Made by a program: the position numbers and the translations under genes
Source of the DNA: Bdellovibrionota bacterium
GTDB taxonomy: Bacteria; Bdellovibrionota_C; UBA2361; JAAYZI01
Reading direction: 5' to 3'
Length of the DNA stretch: 64,000 nucleotides
Assembly: GCA_050950765.1 (NCBI GenBank)
Contig: JBMNIF010000002.1
Location: forward strand, 736,001 to 800,000
Part shown: positions 28,163-38,804 of the stretch, one piece after another
Layout: every line of letters begins with the position of its first letter
How positions within the stretch are numbered: position 1 is the first letter of the stretch
The notes under the pieces: model-generated
What the model was told of the DNA's origin: nothing
What the model saw: the letters and a program-made list of their open reading frames with translations, nothing else
The model's database searches: none

Positions 28163-30789
28163 AGACAACGTATGCATTACAATTTGCTAATCTTAATTCA
28201 TTCTACATTATAACTTTAATTTTAGCGCTAGTACTTGGCACCTACCTATTTTTTAAGTTTAAAGGTGCTTCTTTCTCTTGGAGAGTATTTGTCTTTAGGT
28301 TTCTTGCGTTACTAATGTTGGCATTAGCTTTACTAGAGCCGAAGGTGATGAAAAAAACTTTACGCACTGATGGGTTATTATTGCTAGATATCTCGGATAG
28401 TATGGAACCTGAGGTAGCGCAGAACCTCCTTAATAAGGCAGCTGAATATAAGAAAGAGGGCTTTGAATATCGGGTGATTCCATTTTCTGGGCAGAGTTGT
28501 CCGTACTCTCTTCCTTCAGAAAAGGCTTTAAACTTTGATAAATTAAGAGACTCTTGGAATAGATTAAATATCGGAGTAACTGATCTAGAGGAGGCGCTCC
28601 GTAGTCAATTGATTGATCCTAATACAGGAGTGCTACTTATCTCTGACGGTTATGAAACGGTCGGGGATCTCTCCAATACCTTTCCTGACTTGCAAGGAGA
28701 AGGGGTAAAGGTTTTTCCGTTAATGCCGAATACGGGTGGTGCGCTTGATGGAAAGTTCAGGATCTCTCATATTCATGCGCCGTTAATGGCACCTCTTAAA
28801 AAGAGTGTGCCTATTAGGGTGAGTGTTGAAAATAGTACGACGCAAGATAGAGTAGGACAACTTTCAATATTTCATGATGAAAAGGAGGTTTATAATAAAG
28901 AGATCGTAGTACCGAAAGGGCAAGAAGCGGTTTTTGTGGCGTATAGCGATCCTTTACCTGAAGGAATAAAAGGAGTTAAAGCAATTTTAAAACCCTTGTC
29001 CGTGAGAGAACGAGAGACTACGACAATTTTAAAACCTTTGTCCGTATCTGAGGACGACTCTTTTGATCCTACTTCTGCACAACTTTTTATTGCAGCGGAA
29101 GAAAAGGAAAAGGTCTTACTTGTTAGTAGTAGTGCTGCTGAAGCAAGGTTATTGGAGAGGATCCTTAAAGAGCAGAGTTATCACCTACAAAGTGTGGTTA
29201 CTGCTGGAAACCGTTTAAAGGATCGTTTAGAACTTTCAAAATATTCAGTAGTTATTTTTAACAATGTGCCGTTAGCAGAGTTGCCGCGAGGAGTTGCTAC
29301 TGAAGTTGAGTATTATGTAGCCAATGGCGGCGGCTTTATCATGATAGGGGGCAATAAAAGTTTTGGATTGGGTGGATATAAAGATACTGCCATAGCGGAT
29401 CTCTTACCTGTTGAAGTTTTAACCCCACGTAAAGAGCAGAAGCGTTTAAATGTAGCGGTAGAACTGGTGCTGGATAAGTCTGCTAGTATGCGTCAAAATA
29501 ATAAGATAGAGTTTGTAAAAAGTGCAGCGGCGGAGGTTTTAAAAGTTTTAAAACCTCAAGATTATGCCGGAATAGTTGGTTTTGATGATTACCCTTTTCA
29601 TTTGGTACCGATCGGGAGAATCCAAGATATCAGAGCAAAAGCTTTAGCTCGCTTATCTCAACTCTATCCTGCTAAGACAACGCGTCTTTTAGCTGCGATG
29701 GTGCTTGCTAAAAAAGATTTGGAGAGTGTTCCTGCTGGTAGGAAACATATGATTATCCTAACTGATGGGAAGCTACCGGATCAACAGAACTACCCTTATT
29801 ATATGGAGATAGTAGATGAATTGCGTCTTCTGGGGGTGACAGTTTCTACATTCTTAATCGGAAATGAGTATGTTCCTATTTTAGTTGAGATAGCAGAGCG
29901 TGGTGGCGGAGCTTTTTACAGGACGGATAATCCAACTAATTTACCCCGTCTTTTCTTGCATGATGTTAAGGTTAATGCAGGAGAGAAAACACAACGTGAA
30001 AATCAACGTTATGATGTTGATGTTTTAATGAGAAACAGAAGCACCACCCTTAATTCATTTCCGTATCTACTCGGTTATGTTGAGACTAAGATTAAGCCTA
30101 GTGCAGATCTGGAGTTAGCTACCGCAACGAAAGAGAGAGATCCACTCCTTGCTTCATGGCGTTATAAACAGGGACGTGCTGTTGCCTTTACTTCAGATGC
30201 TAGTGGACGTTGGTCAAAACAGTGGGCAGAGTGGGGTAAGTTTCGGACGTTTTGGATTGAGTTAATAGATTCCGTACGTCCACAAAGTGGTAAAGCACTG
30301 GAAAATATTAAGTACGATCTCAGGTATTTTATGAGTAAAGGTAAACTTGTGCTCGATCTTACCGTTTATTCGGAGGGGGTGGTCGGAGACCTTACTGCAG
30401 ATCTGATAGCAAGTGACGGTGCGCGCAAAAACGTAACATTTACCCCCTTAGCACGTGGACACTATCAGGCGCAACTTGATGGCGTTACGGCAGGACGGTA
30501 TGAATTGCAAGCAAAGCTTGGTGGTATTAAGTTAACGGCGGTAGCTTTTCAATTATCTGGAGAGGTGTTCGGTGAGAAGAAGGGGCAGGGCTTTTTTAGG
30601 CAGAATCTAGAAGCGCTTGCTGCTGCAACTAAGGGCAAAGTTAATCCAGCAGTGGCTGATCTGATGGATAGCCGTTCTGAAACAGTTGAAGATCTTCCGC
30701 TTAGTCATTGGCTTTGTGCCCTCGCTCTTTTTATGCTCTGCTTTGAAATAGCACTTCGCGAACTTTTTAGCCGTCGATTCTATTTTTAG
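28159..30789 (+). CDS. Double-VWA / glutamine-amidotransferase-like domain membrane protein
   Basis: MIDAS DISDSM..ISDG and DKSASM..LTDG, GGGFIMIGGNKSFGLGGY, PLLASWRYKQGRAVAFTSD; TM helices at both ends. Confidence 0.85.
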   Translation: MKTTYALQFANLNSFYIITLILALVLGTYLFFKFKGASFSWRVFVFRFLALLMLALALLEPKVMKKTLRTDGLLLLDISDSMEPEVAQNLLNKAAEYKKEGFEYRVIPFSGQSCPYSLPSEKALNFDKLRDSWNRLNIGVTDLEEALRSQLIDPNTGVLLISDGYETVGDLSNTFPDLQGEGVKVFPLMPNTGGALDGKFRISHIHAPLMAPLKKSVPIRVSVENSTTQDRVGQLSIFHDEKEVYNKEIVVPKGQEAVFVAYSDPLPEGIKGVKAILKPLSVRERETTTILKPLSVSEDDSFDPTSAQLFIAAEEKEKVLLVSSSAAEARLLERILKEQSYHLQSVVTAGNRLKDRLELSKYSVVIFNNVPLAELPRGVATEVEYYVANGGGFIMIGGNKSFGLGGYKDTAIADLLPVEVLTPRKEQKRLNVAVELVLDKSASMRQNNKIEFVKSAAAEVLKVLKPQDYAGIVGFDDYPFHLVPIGRIQDIRAKALARLSQLYPAKTTRLLAAMVLAKKDLESVPAGRKHMIILTDGKLPDQQNYPYYMEIVDELRLLGVTVSTFLIGNEYVPILVEIAERGGGAFYRTDNPTNLPRLFLHDVKVNAGEKTQRENQRYDVDVLMRNRSTTLNSFPYLLGYVETKIKPSADLELATATKERDPLLASWRYKQGRAVAFTSDASGRWSKQWAEWGKFRTFWIELIDSVRPQSGKALENIKYDLRYFMSKGKLVLDLTVYSEGVVGDLTADLIASDGARKNVTFTPLARGHYQAQLDGVTAGRYELQAKLGGIKLTAVAFQLSGEVFGEKKGQGFFRQNLEALAAATKGKVNPAVADLMDSRSETVEDLPLSHWLCALALFMLCFEIALRELFSRRFYF

Positions 30790-30914
30790 GAGGAATAATA
30801 TAATACTGATAAACAGTAGGTGTTTTTAGGGCGTAAAGATATTTTTTTGAAAAAAGCGTTAAAAGGTGTAATGTAACTTTGTGGGGATCTTTTAATGTAT
30901 TAAGGAGAGATGTC

Positions 30915-32096
30915 ATGACTGAATTAGGTACTGCACTTACTACTTCTGCTGTGAAAGTTTTAATGTTGGGCGCAGGAGAACTGGGCAAAGAGGTGGTTAT
31001 TGAGTTGATGCGCTTAGGCGTTGAAGTAGTAGCTGTTGATCGTTATGAAAACGCTCCTGCGATGCAGGTGGCGCATCGCAGCTATGTTATTAATATGTTG
31101 GATGGTGCAGAGTTACGACGTGTTATCGAAAAAGAAAAGCCTGATTATGTTGTGCCGGAGGTAGAAGCGATAGCGACACCGACCTTACTTGAATTAGAAA
31201 AAGAAGGGTTTTGCATTATTCCCACTGCTAAGGCGACTTTTTTAACGATGAATAGAGAAGGGATTAGACGCCTTGCCGCTGAAGAGTTGGGATTGCCAAC
31301 TTCGCAATATAGATTTGCTGCTGATTATGAGGAGTTTAAAGAGGCTGTTAAGGAGATCGGCATTCCGTGTGTAGTTAAACCGATTATGAGTTCATCCGGA
31401 CACGGACAGAGTGTTATAAAATCTGTGGATGATATTGAGAGATCGTGGCAACTTTCTCAAGAAGGTGGACGTGCTGGATCGGGCAAAGTTATCGTAGAAG
31501 GGTTTGTTGATTTTGATTATGAGATAACGCTTTTAACTGTGCGTCACGTTGGAGGCACTTCATTTTTAGAGCCGATAGGACACCATCAAGTAGATGGCGA
31601 CTATCAAGAATCTTGGCAGCCGCAAGCGATGTCTGAAAAAGCTCGGAAGCGCGCTGAAGAGATCGCAAAAAAGATTACAGACGCACTTGGGGGACGAGGC
31701 ATCTTTGGAGTTGAGATGTTTATTAAGGGAGATGATGTAATCTTTAGTGAAGTCTCTCCACGTCCACATGATACGGGGATGGTGACGTTAATCTCTCAAG
31801 ACCTTTCTGAGTTTGCTCTGCATGCGCGTGCTATTCTAGGTTTGCCTATTCCTAATATTGCATTTCACGGTGCCTCTGCTTCTAAGGCCGTAGTGGCGTG
31901 GGGCAATAGCAAACAGGTAGCATTCGGTAATCTCGAAGAGGTTTTGGCAGAAAAAGATACGACGTTGCGTATCTTCGGAAAAGGTGAAGTACGTGGACAC
32001 CGTCGAGTCGGGGTTTTATTGGCACGTGCAGAAAGTGTTGAAGCTGCCAAAGAAAAAGTTTTTAAGATGAGTCAAAAATTAAAAGTTATTTTGTAG
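30915..32096 (+). CDS. purT: Formate-dependent phosphoribosylglycinamide formyltransferase
   Basis: [37 protein letters not shown] and [13 protein letters not shown]. Start set to ATG 30915 after AAGGAG. Confidence 0.96.
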   Translation: MTELGTALTTSAVKVLMLGAGELGKEVVIELMRLGVEVVAVDRYENAPAMQVAHRSYVINMLDGAELRRVIEKEKPDYVVPEVEAIATPTLLELEKEGFCIIPTAKATFLTMNREGIRRLAAEELGLPTSQYRFAADYEEFKEAVKEIGIPCVVKPIMSSSGHGQSVIKSVDDIERSWQLSQEGGRAGSGKVIVEGFVDFDYEITLLTVRHVGGTSFLEPIGHHQVDGDYQESWQPQAMSEKARKRAEEIAKKITDALGGRGIFGVEMFIKGDDVIFSEVSPRPHDTGMVTLISQDLSEFALHARAILGLPIPNIAFHGASASKAVVAWGNSKQVAFGNLEEVLAEKDTTLRIFGKGEVRGHRRVGVLLARAESVEAAKEKVFKMSQKLKVIL

Positions 32097-32259
32097 TTTT
32101 TGTACAAAAGAGATCTATAAATAATCTTATGAAACTATTCCTACGTTTATATCTTAGATAGAGTACGACGTAGGACTTACTTATCTTAAAAGTCTTTTTT
32201 CCTTTTATCGTGCTGAAGTATTACGATACGAAAAAAGCTTTAATAGTTTTTAACGCTCT

Positions 32260-32484
32260 TTAACCTTTTATCGTTTCGTTGGAAGCGTCGCTTTTAGGTG
32301 GATTCTGATTGTGTCCGATATGTTCACCTTCTATCTCAGAATCATGATCTGATTCGACAAAGAAGACGACCGGTAGACAACCACACTCAAAGCAAACGTT
32401 TTGTGGACAATTCTCCTGATAGCTGGAGATTAACCATGAAAAATCCGGATCTGTTAATTCATAAGGGAAAACTGCTCTGCCCAT
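32260..32484 (-). CDS. Small 74-aa Cys-containing hypothetical protein
   Basis: AGGAGGTG Shine-Dalgarno 6 nt before ATG 32484; MGRAVFPYELTDPDFSWLISSYQENCPQNVCFECGCLP... Confidence 0.65.
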   Translation of the reverse strand: MGRAVFPYELTDPDFSWLISSYQENCPQNVCFECGCLPVVFFVESDHDSEIEGEHIGHNQNPPKSDASNETIKG

Positions 32485-32838
32485 AGACACCACCTCCTGA
32501 AAGTTCCGTTGTTTTGTTACAAAACTTGAACCCCATCCATTCCTACCTCTTAAATACGTTTTTCGGCGAAAATATTTTAAAACTTGAGTATGGATTTTAA
32601 ATAAGATACCTAAAAAAAGGTGCAAAAAATGGTAATAAAATCAAGCTACTACTAGAAGCAGAAGGGTTGCTGCGATTCACTCAAGTAAAAACCTCACTTT
32701 ATGCTTAATTTTCGCTTAAATTGAATGAATTATGTAAAATCAACACCTTATTAACAGAAGTGGAGGATATTGAAGGCAATTCTTCTTTTTAGAGGGGTGG
32801 TTGCGGAGTTGATCTATCCTAAATTATTATCTCTTCTT

Positions 32839-33777
32839 ATGAAGAAAAATAATTGCTTATTTATTATCTTAGCTAACGTGCTTTTAACTGTTTTTACGTG
32901 TAGTGCTGATGATTCTGCTTTAAACGGTATCGTCGCCACAGTTAATGGCGAGCCTTTTACATTAAGAGATCTTAATAAAAGGCTCTCTCCTCCGAGAAAG
33001 TTAACGATGCAGCAGGCTGCCACAGACCCTGAAGCTAAAATCGCCTTAGATCAACTTATCCTTGAAAAGTTAATAGAAGAAGAGGCCAAGTTGCGACGGG
33101 TTGTTGTGAGTGCGGAAGAGGTCGAGAGGTATTTAAATGAATTAGCTGTGCGTAACGAGCTTTCCAGAGAGGAGTTCGAAAAAGTTTTTAAGAAGCAGAG
33201 TGGAAAAACGATTGAAACCTTTAAAAAAGAGGTGGCAGCGCAGATCTTGAAATCAAAGTTGGCGGGAGAGTTAATTAGAGATAGCTCTGCTGTAACGGAT
33301 AGAGAGATTGATGAATATATTAAAGATCATCCGGAGCTGGTGCACAATGGCGGGAAGATAAAGTTAAGTCAGATTATGCTAAGTGGAAAAGATGAAGCTA
33401 CTAGAAAAAAAGCAGAGGAGTTGAGAGCTACCTTAGCGGAGTCGGGCGATTTCGCAGAAGCTGCACGAAAGTTTTCAAGCTCTCCCGAAGCGGCGTCGGG
33501 TGGTTCACTTGGTGTCGTTGCTGAAAAAGATCTAGCTCCTGCTGTTTTTGATGCCGTGTTCTCTTTACGCATAGGAGAGGTTAGTGAAGTGGTAAGTTCA
33601 GCAGAGGGGCATCATATCTTTAAAGTTGAAGATCGCGTTTCAGATAATGAAGATGATCAGAAGAGGTTACGAACGGAGGTAGATCAGATCTTAAAACAGA
33701 AAAAACTTGAAGCAAGGTTACAAGATTACTTTAATGTAGATCTATTTACTAATCATTTTGTGGATAAAAAGATCTAG
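32839..33777 (+). CDS. surA: SurA-like periplasmic chaperone / parvulin PPIase
   Basis: Signal peptide from ATG 32839, IVATVNGEP, and parvulin FAEAARKFS..GGSLG..GEVSEVV..GHHIFKV. Confidence 0.85.
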   Translation: MKKNNCLFIILANVLLTVFTCSADDSALNGIVATVNGEPFTLRDLNKRLSPPRKLTMQQAATDPEAKIALDQLILEKLIEEEAKLRRVVVSAEEVERYLNELAVRNELSREEFEKVFKKQSGKTIETFKKEVAAQILKSKLAGELIRDSSAVTDREIDEYIKDHPELVHNGGKIKLSQIMLSGKDEATRKKAEELRATLAESGDFAEAARKFSSSPEAASGGSLGVVAEKDLAPAVFDAVFSLRIGEVSEVVSSAEGHHIFKVEDRVSDNEDDQKRLRTEVDQILKQKKLEARLQDYFNVDLFTNHFVDKKI

Positions 33778-35144
33778 TGCAGATTAATCGGAATATTTTT
33801 AGAGCTTATGATATTCGTGGTAATGTCGAACGGGACTTGTCGCCACAATTTGCGCACCTTCTGGGGCGTACCTTTGGAGAACTCGTTAAATCAGAAAAAC
33901 GTAATGAAATAGCGATCGCTTGGGATTGTCGTAAAACTTCTGCGCTTTACGCAGATAATGTACGGCTTGGTCTACTAGAGGCGGGTGTTAATTGTGTTAT
34001 CTTGGGGCTCTGCTCAACACCGCAACTATATTGGAGTATTGTAAAAAACGATTTTGGCGGTGGGGTGCAGGTAACGGGGAGTCACAATGCTATTACTATG
34101 AACGGCTTTAAACTGTGTCTCGGTGCTAAAGGTCTTAGTACGGATCAGATTATTAAATTACACGATTCAATGGTTGAACACGGTGAAATGGTGCCGGAGT
34201 TACAACTTGGTACTGAAAGAAAGTATGATTGTCATGCAGCTTATGTTGACGATCTCTTTAATCTAACTAAAGAACACTTTGGTGATAGGCACCTAAAGGT
34301 TGTTATTGATGGTGGTAACGGTGTGGCGGGGCCAGCAGGTGCAGCTGTTTTAAAAAAATTAGGAGTTGAAGTAATAGAGCTTTTTTGCGAACCGGATGGA
34401 TCATTTCCTAATCATCATCCTGATCCATCAGTAGAAGCAAACTTGCAAAATCTGATAGAGAAAGTTTGTCAGGAAAAAGCCGATCTCGGAATCGCTTGGG
34501 ATGGGGATGGAGATAGGATCGGTGTGGTAGATGAGCGTGGAGAGATCATCTTCGTTGATATTTTAATATTGCTGTATGCTTTGGAAATTCTAAAAGAGGA
34601 AGCAGGTATAACGGTTGTAGCTGATGTTAAGTGTTCCGATAAGCTTTTTAGTGAAGTTAATAAAGCTGGTGGAAAGGCGATCATGTGGCATTCAGGACAC
34701 TCCTTAATGAAGCAAAAAGTTTTTGAAACAGGGGCTGCTTTAGGTGGAGAGTTGTCGGGACATATCTTCTTTAAACACCGTTTCTATGGCTTTGATGATG
34801 GTGTTTATTGTGCTTGTAGATTACTTGAGATTTTAAGCAATACGGATAAAACGTTATCTGAATTGATAGCGCAGTATCCGAAAACAGTTGCAACACCTGA
34901 AATCAGGGTGCCGTGTCCTGATGAGATTAAGTTTGAAGTTATTACAAAGTTACAAGAGAGGCTTAAAGATCTGCCGATTTGCACCCTTGATGGGGTGCGG
35001 ATTACCTTTAATAATGGCTGGGGGCTTGTTCGTGCTTCTAATACGGAGCCAGCCCTAACTTTAAGGGTTGAAGCAGATACTGCAACACACCTCTCGCAAT
35101 ACCGAAGCTTTTTAGAAGGTCTTGTGGCTGAAGTTAGAGAATAG
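33777..35144 (+). CDS. Phosphomannomutase/phosphoglucomutase
   Basis: IFRAYDIRG, TGSHN, DGDGDR, GELSGH and LVRASNTEP motifs. Confidence 0.95.
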   Translation: MQINRNIFRAYDIRGNVERDLSPQFAHLLGRTFGELVKSEKRNEIAIAWDCRKTSALYADNVRLGLLEAGVNCVILGLCSTPQLYWSIVKNDFGGGVQVTGSHNAITMNGFKLCLGAKGLSTDQIIKLHDSMVEHGEMVPELQLGTERKYDCHAAYVDDLFNLTKEHFGDRHLKVVIDGGNGVAGPAGAAVLKKLGVEVIELFCEPDGSFPNHHPDPSVEANLQNLIEKVCQEKADLGIAWDGDGDRIGVVDERGEIIFVDILILLYALEILKEEAGITVVADVKCSDKLFSEVNKAGGKAIMWHSGHSLMKQKVFETGAALGGELSGHIFFKHRFYGFDDGVYCACRLLEILSNTDKTLSELIAQYPKTVATPEIRVPCPDEIKFEVITKLQERLKDLPICTLDGVRITFNNGWGLVRASNTEPALTLRVEADTATHLSQYRSFLEGLVAEVRE

Positions 35145-35151
35145 CCTATCT

Positions 35152-37665
35152 ATGAGTAAGGAAAGTTCAAAAGTTGAAGTTATCGAGGTCATTGCTGCTG
35201 CTGAACATAATTTAAAAAATGTTTCATGCACCATTCCGAAAGGAAAGGTCTCTGTTATTAGTGGTCCCTCTGGTGCTGGTAAAACTTCACTTGCTATTGA
35301 TACTATCTTTGCCGAGAGTGCTTATAGGTTAAATGCCTTAAATACGGTTTTAAATCCGTTAAAAGGAAACGCACTTTGTATCTCACGTCCAAAGGTTAAA
35401 AAGATAACGGGGCTCCCCCCTGTCTATTATCGAAAAGAGAAGACGTTATTAAAGAATCATACAGTTGCTAGTTTTATAGGCTTGGATCTCCTCTTTGCAG
35501 AGCTGTTTAAGAGGCATGGAGAGAGACCGTGCCCTTCTTGTAAAAAAGGAGAGATTATTGCGACAACACACACCTCTGCTGCGGAGGAATGTGTCGCACA
35601 AGCTTCAGGATTTGTGGCAATCTGTGGTGTTATTAAAAGTGATGGGCTTTCTGAAGAGGAAGCGTTGGAGCTTTTTAATAAGGTCTTATTAAATGCCTCT
35701 TCTCGAGTTGTTTTTCAAGGAAAGATAATTGATCTTGATGATGATGAACACCTAAAAGGTGAAATAATAAAACTTTATATAAAAGATAAACAACCTATTA
35801 CCGTAGTTGTTGATCGTTTAGATCCGTCGCAAGATAGTCGCAGATTAAAGCAAGCTTTAAATTTGGCAGAATCATTACAGAGTAACGGTGTTGTAACGTT
35901 AGAGCTTGATTCTAAGGGTGATGTTCGGTCTACTTCTGCAAAACATTTTGCAGAAAGTGGTATCTGTAATAGGTGTGGCTATACTTCGTTTGTTGTATCG
36001 GAAGGTATTTTTAGCTGCAAATTGCTAGGAGACGCTACCTTTAATGGTGGTTTTAAAGGGCTTGAAGGCTTTTCATATTTAAGTGCAACGCAACAGGAGG
36101 AGTTCCTCACCTATCGTTTAGGCGGATACCTTCTTGAAGATCTTCTGCAAAAAACTACTGCTGAATTACTAGATCTGTTACGCCCCTTGAGCGAAACGGA
36201 TTCTCTTGTAAATCTCTTAAATATCTTACAACGTCTCGGATTGGGGCATCTTTCGGCGCTTAGGACTTGTAAAACTCTTTCAAATGGTGAGTTGCAACGG
36301 GTGCAATTAGTAAACTCTTTTAACCGTATCGTTCGAGGAACGTTATTAGTGTTGGATGAACCAACCTCCGGTTTGCACGACCTTGATATTCCGCCCCTAC
36401 TTAAGATCTTTCAAGAATTCTCTGCAAACGGTGTGGGGCTTTTGCTTGTCGAAAATAATAGACAGGTTCTTGCTATTGCAGATCATCAGATAATTTTAGG
36501 AGAAGGTGCTGGTATTTATGGCGGAAACGTTATCTATGAGGGGAAGCCGCAAAAAAGAGAGGGGAAAGAGAAGTTAAAGGTAGGACGTGCTAAAAATATA
36601 GATAGAAGTTTTTTTCCTAATGAAGAGGAGTTGCAAAAAAGAGAGGGTAAAGAGGAGTTAAAGGTAGCGCATAGTAAAAATATAGATAGCAATTCTTTTC
36701 CTGCCATTCATCTAAAGGGTGTAACGGTACACAATCTCAAGTCCATTGATGTTGATTTTCCATTACGATCTTTAACTTGTGTTAGTGGTGTTTCGGGAGC
36801 AGGCAAAAGCTCTCTTGTCTTTGAAACACTTTTACCAACTTTAAAAAAAGTAACGAAGCTTCCTTCTAAGACCTCTTTTCCTTATACGGAAAGATCGGAG
36901 GTTAATTTTTCCGAATTGATTTGTGATGAAGGTGTTAGCCGTGTAGTAGCGGCACCTCTTGCTTCTGAGGTCTTAACTCCAAGATCTTTTGTTGCTGGTT
37001 ATGTCGGGATCTTTCCTTTTTTAAAAACGCTCTTTTCTCAACTTCCTCTTGCTCGAATGCGTGGTTTTAAAGAAAAGGATTTTTCTTTTGTGCATAATGC
37101 CTGTGCAGAATGTGGTGGAACGGGGTGGCTACCGTCTGGAGTTTGTCATCTTTGTAAAGGACAACACTTTAATGAGGCTTTATTAGAGGTGAAATTTAAG
37201 GGTCTCTCTATCTCTGAGATATTGGATAGGTCGGCAGCGGAGGTTGTAGATATTATCGGGGTTATCCCACGTTGTAGGGAGCGTTTGGAGCTTTTAAAGA
37301 AATTTCATCTTGATTACTTACCGTTAAAACAACCGTTAAATAGTGTTAGTTATGGAGAGTTGCAACGCTTAAAGTTTGTAAAGGAGTTTAGTCGTAGTAG
37401 TAAGCCCGCAATCTATCTTTTTGATGAACCTGCTTCAGGCTTGGATGATAAAGAGATCGTTAATTTGCTAACTGTTTTTCAGGAGTTTATTAAACACGGT
37501 AATACTATTATTGCGATTGAGCATAGAGATGTCTTTGTTAAAGGTGCAGATTGGATCGTTGATTTGGGGAGATCTGCTGGAGCCAAAGGAGGTGCGTTAG
37601 TGGCGCAAGGATCTTTTGAAGACGTTGTTAAAAATGAGCGTTCTGCCACAGCAGCTCTTCAATGA
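35152..37665 (+). CDS. Diverged UvrA-like double ABC ATPase
   Basis: HNLKNV, GPSGAGKTS, LDEPTSGLH, HNLK, GVSGAGKSS, FDEPASGL and CxxC zinc motifs. Signature motifs read LSNGE and VSYGE. Confidence 0.85.
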   Translation: MSKESSKVEVIEVIAAAEHNLKNVSCTIPKGKVSVISGPSGAGKTSLAIDTIFAESAYRLNALNTVLNPLKGNALCISRPKVKKITGLPPVYYRKEKTLLKNHTVASFIGLDLLFAELFKRHGERPCPSCKKGEIIATTHTSAAEECVAQASGFVAICGVIKSDGLSEEEALELFNKVLLNASSRVVFQGKIIDLDDDEHLKGEIIKLYIKDKQPITVVVDRLDPSQDSRRLKQALNLAESLQSNGVVTLELDSKGDVRSTSAKHFAESGICNRCGYTSFVVSEGIFSCKLLGDATFNGGFKGLEGFSYLSATQQEEFLTYRLGGYLLEDLLQKTTAELLDLLRPLSETDSLVNLLNILQRLGLGHLSALRTCKTLSNGELQRVQLVNSFNRIVRGTLLVLDEPTSGLHDLDIPPLLKIFQEFSANGVGLLLVENNRQVLAIADHQIILGEGAGIYGGNVIYEGKPQKREGKEKLKVGRAKNIDRSFFPNEEELQKREGKEELKVAHSKNIDSNSFPAIHLKGVTVHNLKSIDVDFPLRSLTCVSGVSGAGKSSLVFETLLPTLKKVTKLPSKTSFPYTERSEVNFSELICDEGVSRVVAAPLASEVLTPRSFVAGYVGIFPFLKTLFSQLPLARMRGFKEKDFSFVHNACAECGGTGWLPSGVCHLCKGQHFNEALLEVKFKGLSISEILDRSAAEVVDIIGVIPRCRERLELLKKFHLDYLPLKQPLNSVSYGELQRLKFVKEFSRSSKPAIYLFDEPASGLDDKEIVNLLTVFQEFIKHGNTIIAIEHRDVFVKGADWIVDLGRSAGAKGGALVAQGSFEDVVKNERSATAALQ
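36549..36702 (+). repeat. In-frame 84-bp-period duplication in the UvrA-like linker
   Basis: QKREGKEKLKVGRAKNIDRSFFP at 36549 and QKREGKEELKVAHSKNIDSNSFP at 36633. Confidence 0.85.
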
Positions 37666-37700
37666 TCTCTAGCGCTCTTTAAATAAGGTTTATATAAAAA

Positions 37701-38675
37701 ATGAGAGATGGATCCGAAAAAATAGCTGTTCTTTTATGTAATCTCGGAACGCCAGAAGCGCCTACTGCTAAAGGGGTAAAAGCTTTTTTAAAGGCTTTTC
37801 TTTCAGATCCGCGAGTGATTGAGAAGCAAAATCTTCTTTGGAAGTTAATCTTATATCTTGTTATCCTACCGTTTTCTTCAAGAAAAAGTGTAGAACGGTA
37901 TAAAAGTATCTGGAGTGAAAACGGGTCTCCTTTAACTTGTAACACTTATGCTTTGGCAGAAACTTTACAAGCGCGACTTAATCAGAGAGAGGTTAAAGGA
38001 GAAGTTGCTATTGGGATGCGTTACGGGAACCCCGCCATTATTGCAGAGCTGGATAGACTCCTTGAAAAAGGTTTTTCTGAAATCGTTGTTTTCCCCCTTT
38101 TCCCGCAGTATGCTTCGGCAACAGTTGGTTCGATTAAAGAGGTAGTTCTGCACCATATAGCGCGGAAGTTAGTTGTTCCGGAAGTACGTTTTGTTAAACC
38201 GTACTATGATAATGAAAGTTATATTGAAGCTTTGTCGGAGAGTGTTTTGGAGCAGCTTGGAGAGAAAACGCCGCAAGCTCTCTTACTCTCTTATCACGCT
38301 TTGCCGATTGAGAGCACCTCTCGCGGAGAGCCTTATCATGAGATGTGTTGCAAAACGACAAAAGCTTTAAGTGAAAAATTAGGCAAAACCTCCTTTAAGA
38401 TTGTGCACTGTTATCAATCTCGTTTCGGAAGGGGTAAGTGGCTTGCCCCTGATATAAAAGATGTTGTTACAGCTCTGGCAGCAGAGGGTATAAAAGATAT
38501 CGCTGTGGCATGCCCTAGCTTTTTAACAGATTGTTTAGAAACTTTGCTTGAAATAGATCACAGTTTAAGGACGCACTTTATGGCATTAGGTGGTGAATCT
38601 TTTCACTATATAAGGTGTTTAAACTGTGAAAAAAGGTGGGTTGATAGTATTATAAAGATTTCAGGTCTTATTTAA
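37701..38675 (+). CDS. hemH: Ferrochelatase
   Basis: NLGTP, FLSDPRV, GMRYGNP, PLFPQYASAT, QSRFG and DCLETLLEI motifs. Confidence 0.95.
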   Translation: MRDGSEKIAVLLCNLGTPEAPTAKGVKAFLKAFLSDPRVIEKQNLLWKLILYLVILPFSSRKSVERYKSIWSENGSPLTCNTYALAETLQARLNQREVKGEVAIGMRYGNPAIIAELDRLLEKGFSEIVVFPLFPQYASATVGSIKEVVLHHIARKLVVPEVRFVKPYYDNESYIEALSESVLEQLGEKTPQALLLSYHALPIESTSRGEPYHEMCCKTTKALSEKLGKTSFKIVHCYQSRFGRGKWLAPDIKDVVTALAAEGIKDIAVACPSFLTDCLETLLEIDHSLRTHFMALGGESFHYIRCLNCEKRWVDSIIKISGLI

Positions 38676-38804
38676 ACTCTTGCTATAAATCAAGGTGTTT
38701 GCTGATTGTGAAAAGATATAACAGAATGAAGGCGGCATAAGGCTAATTTTGAACAGGATAAATTTTAGCAAAATAAAAACAAAACAAAAAAAGGTGTAAC
38801 TCAG

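Noticed and set aside
32525..32553. sigma32-like promoter toward surA
   Set aside because: CTTGAA is present but the -10 element at the correct spacing is a poor match.
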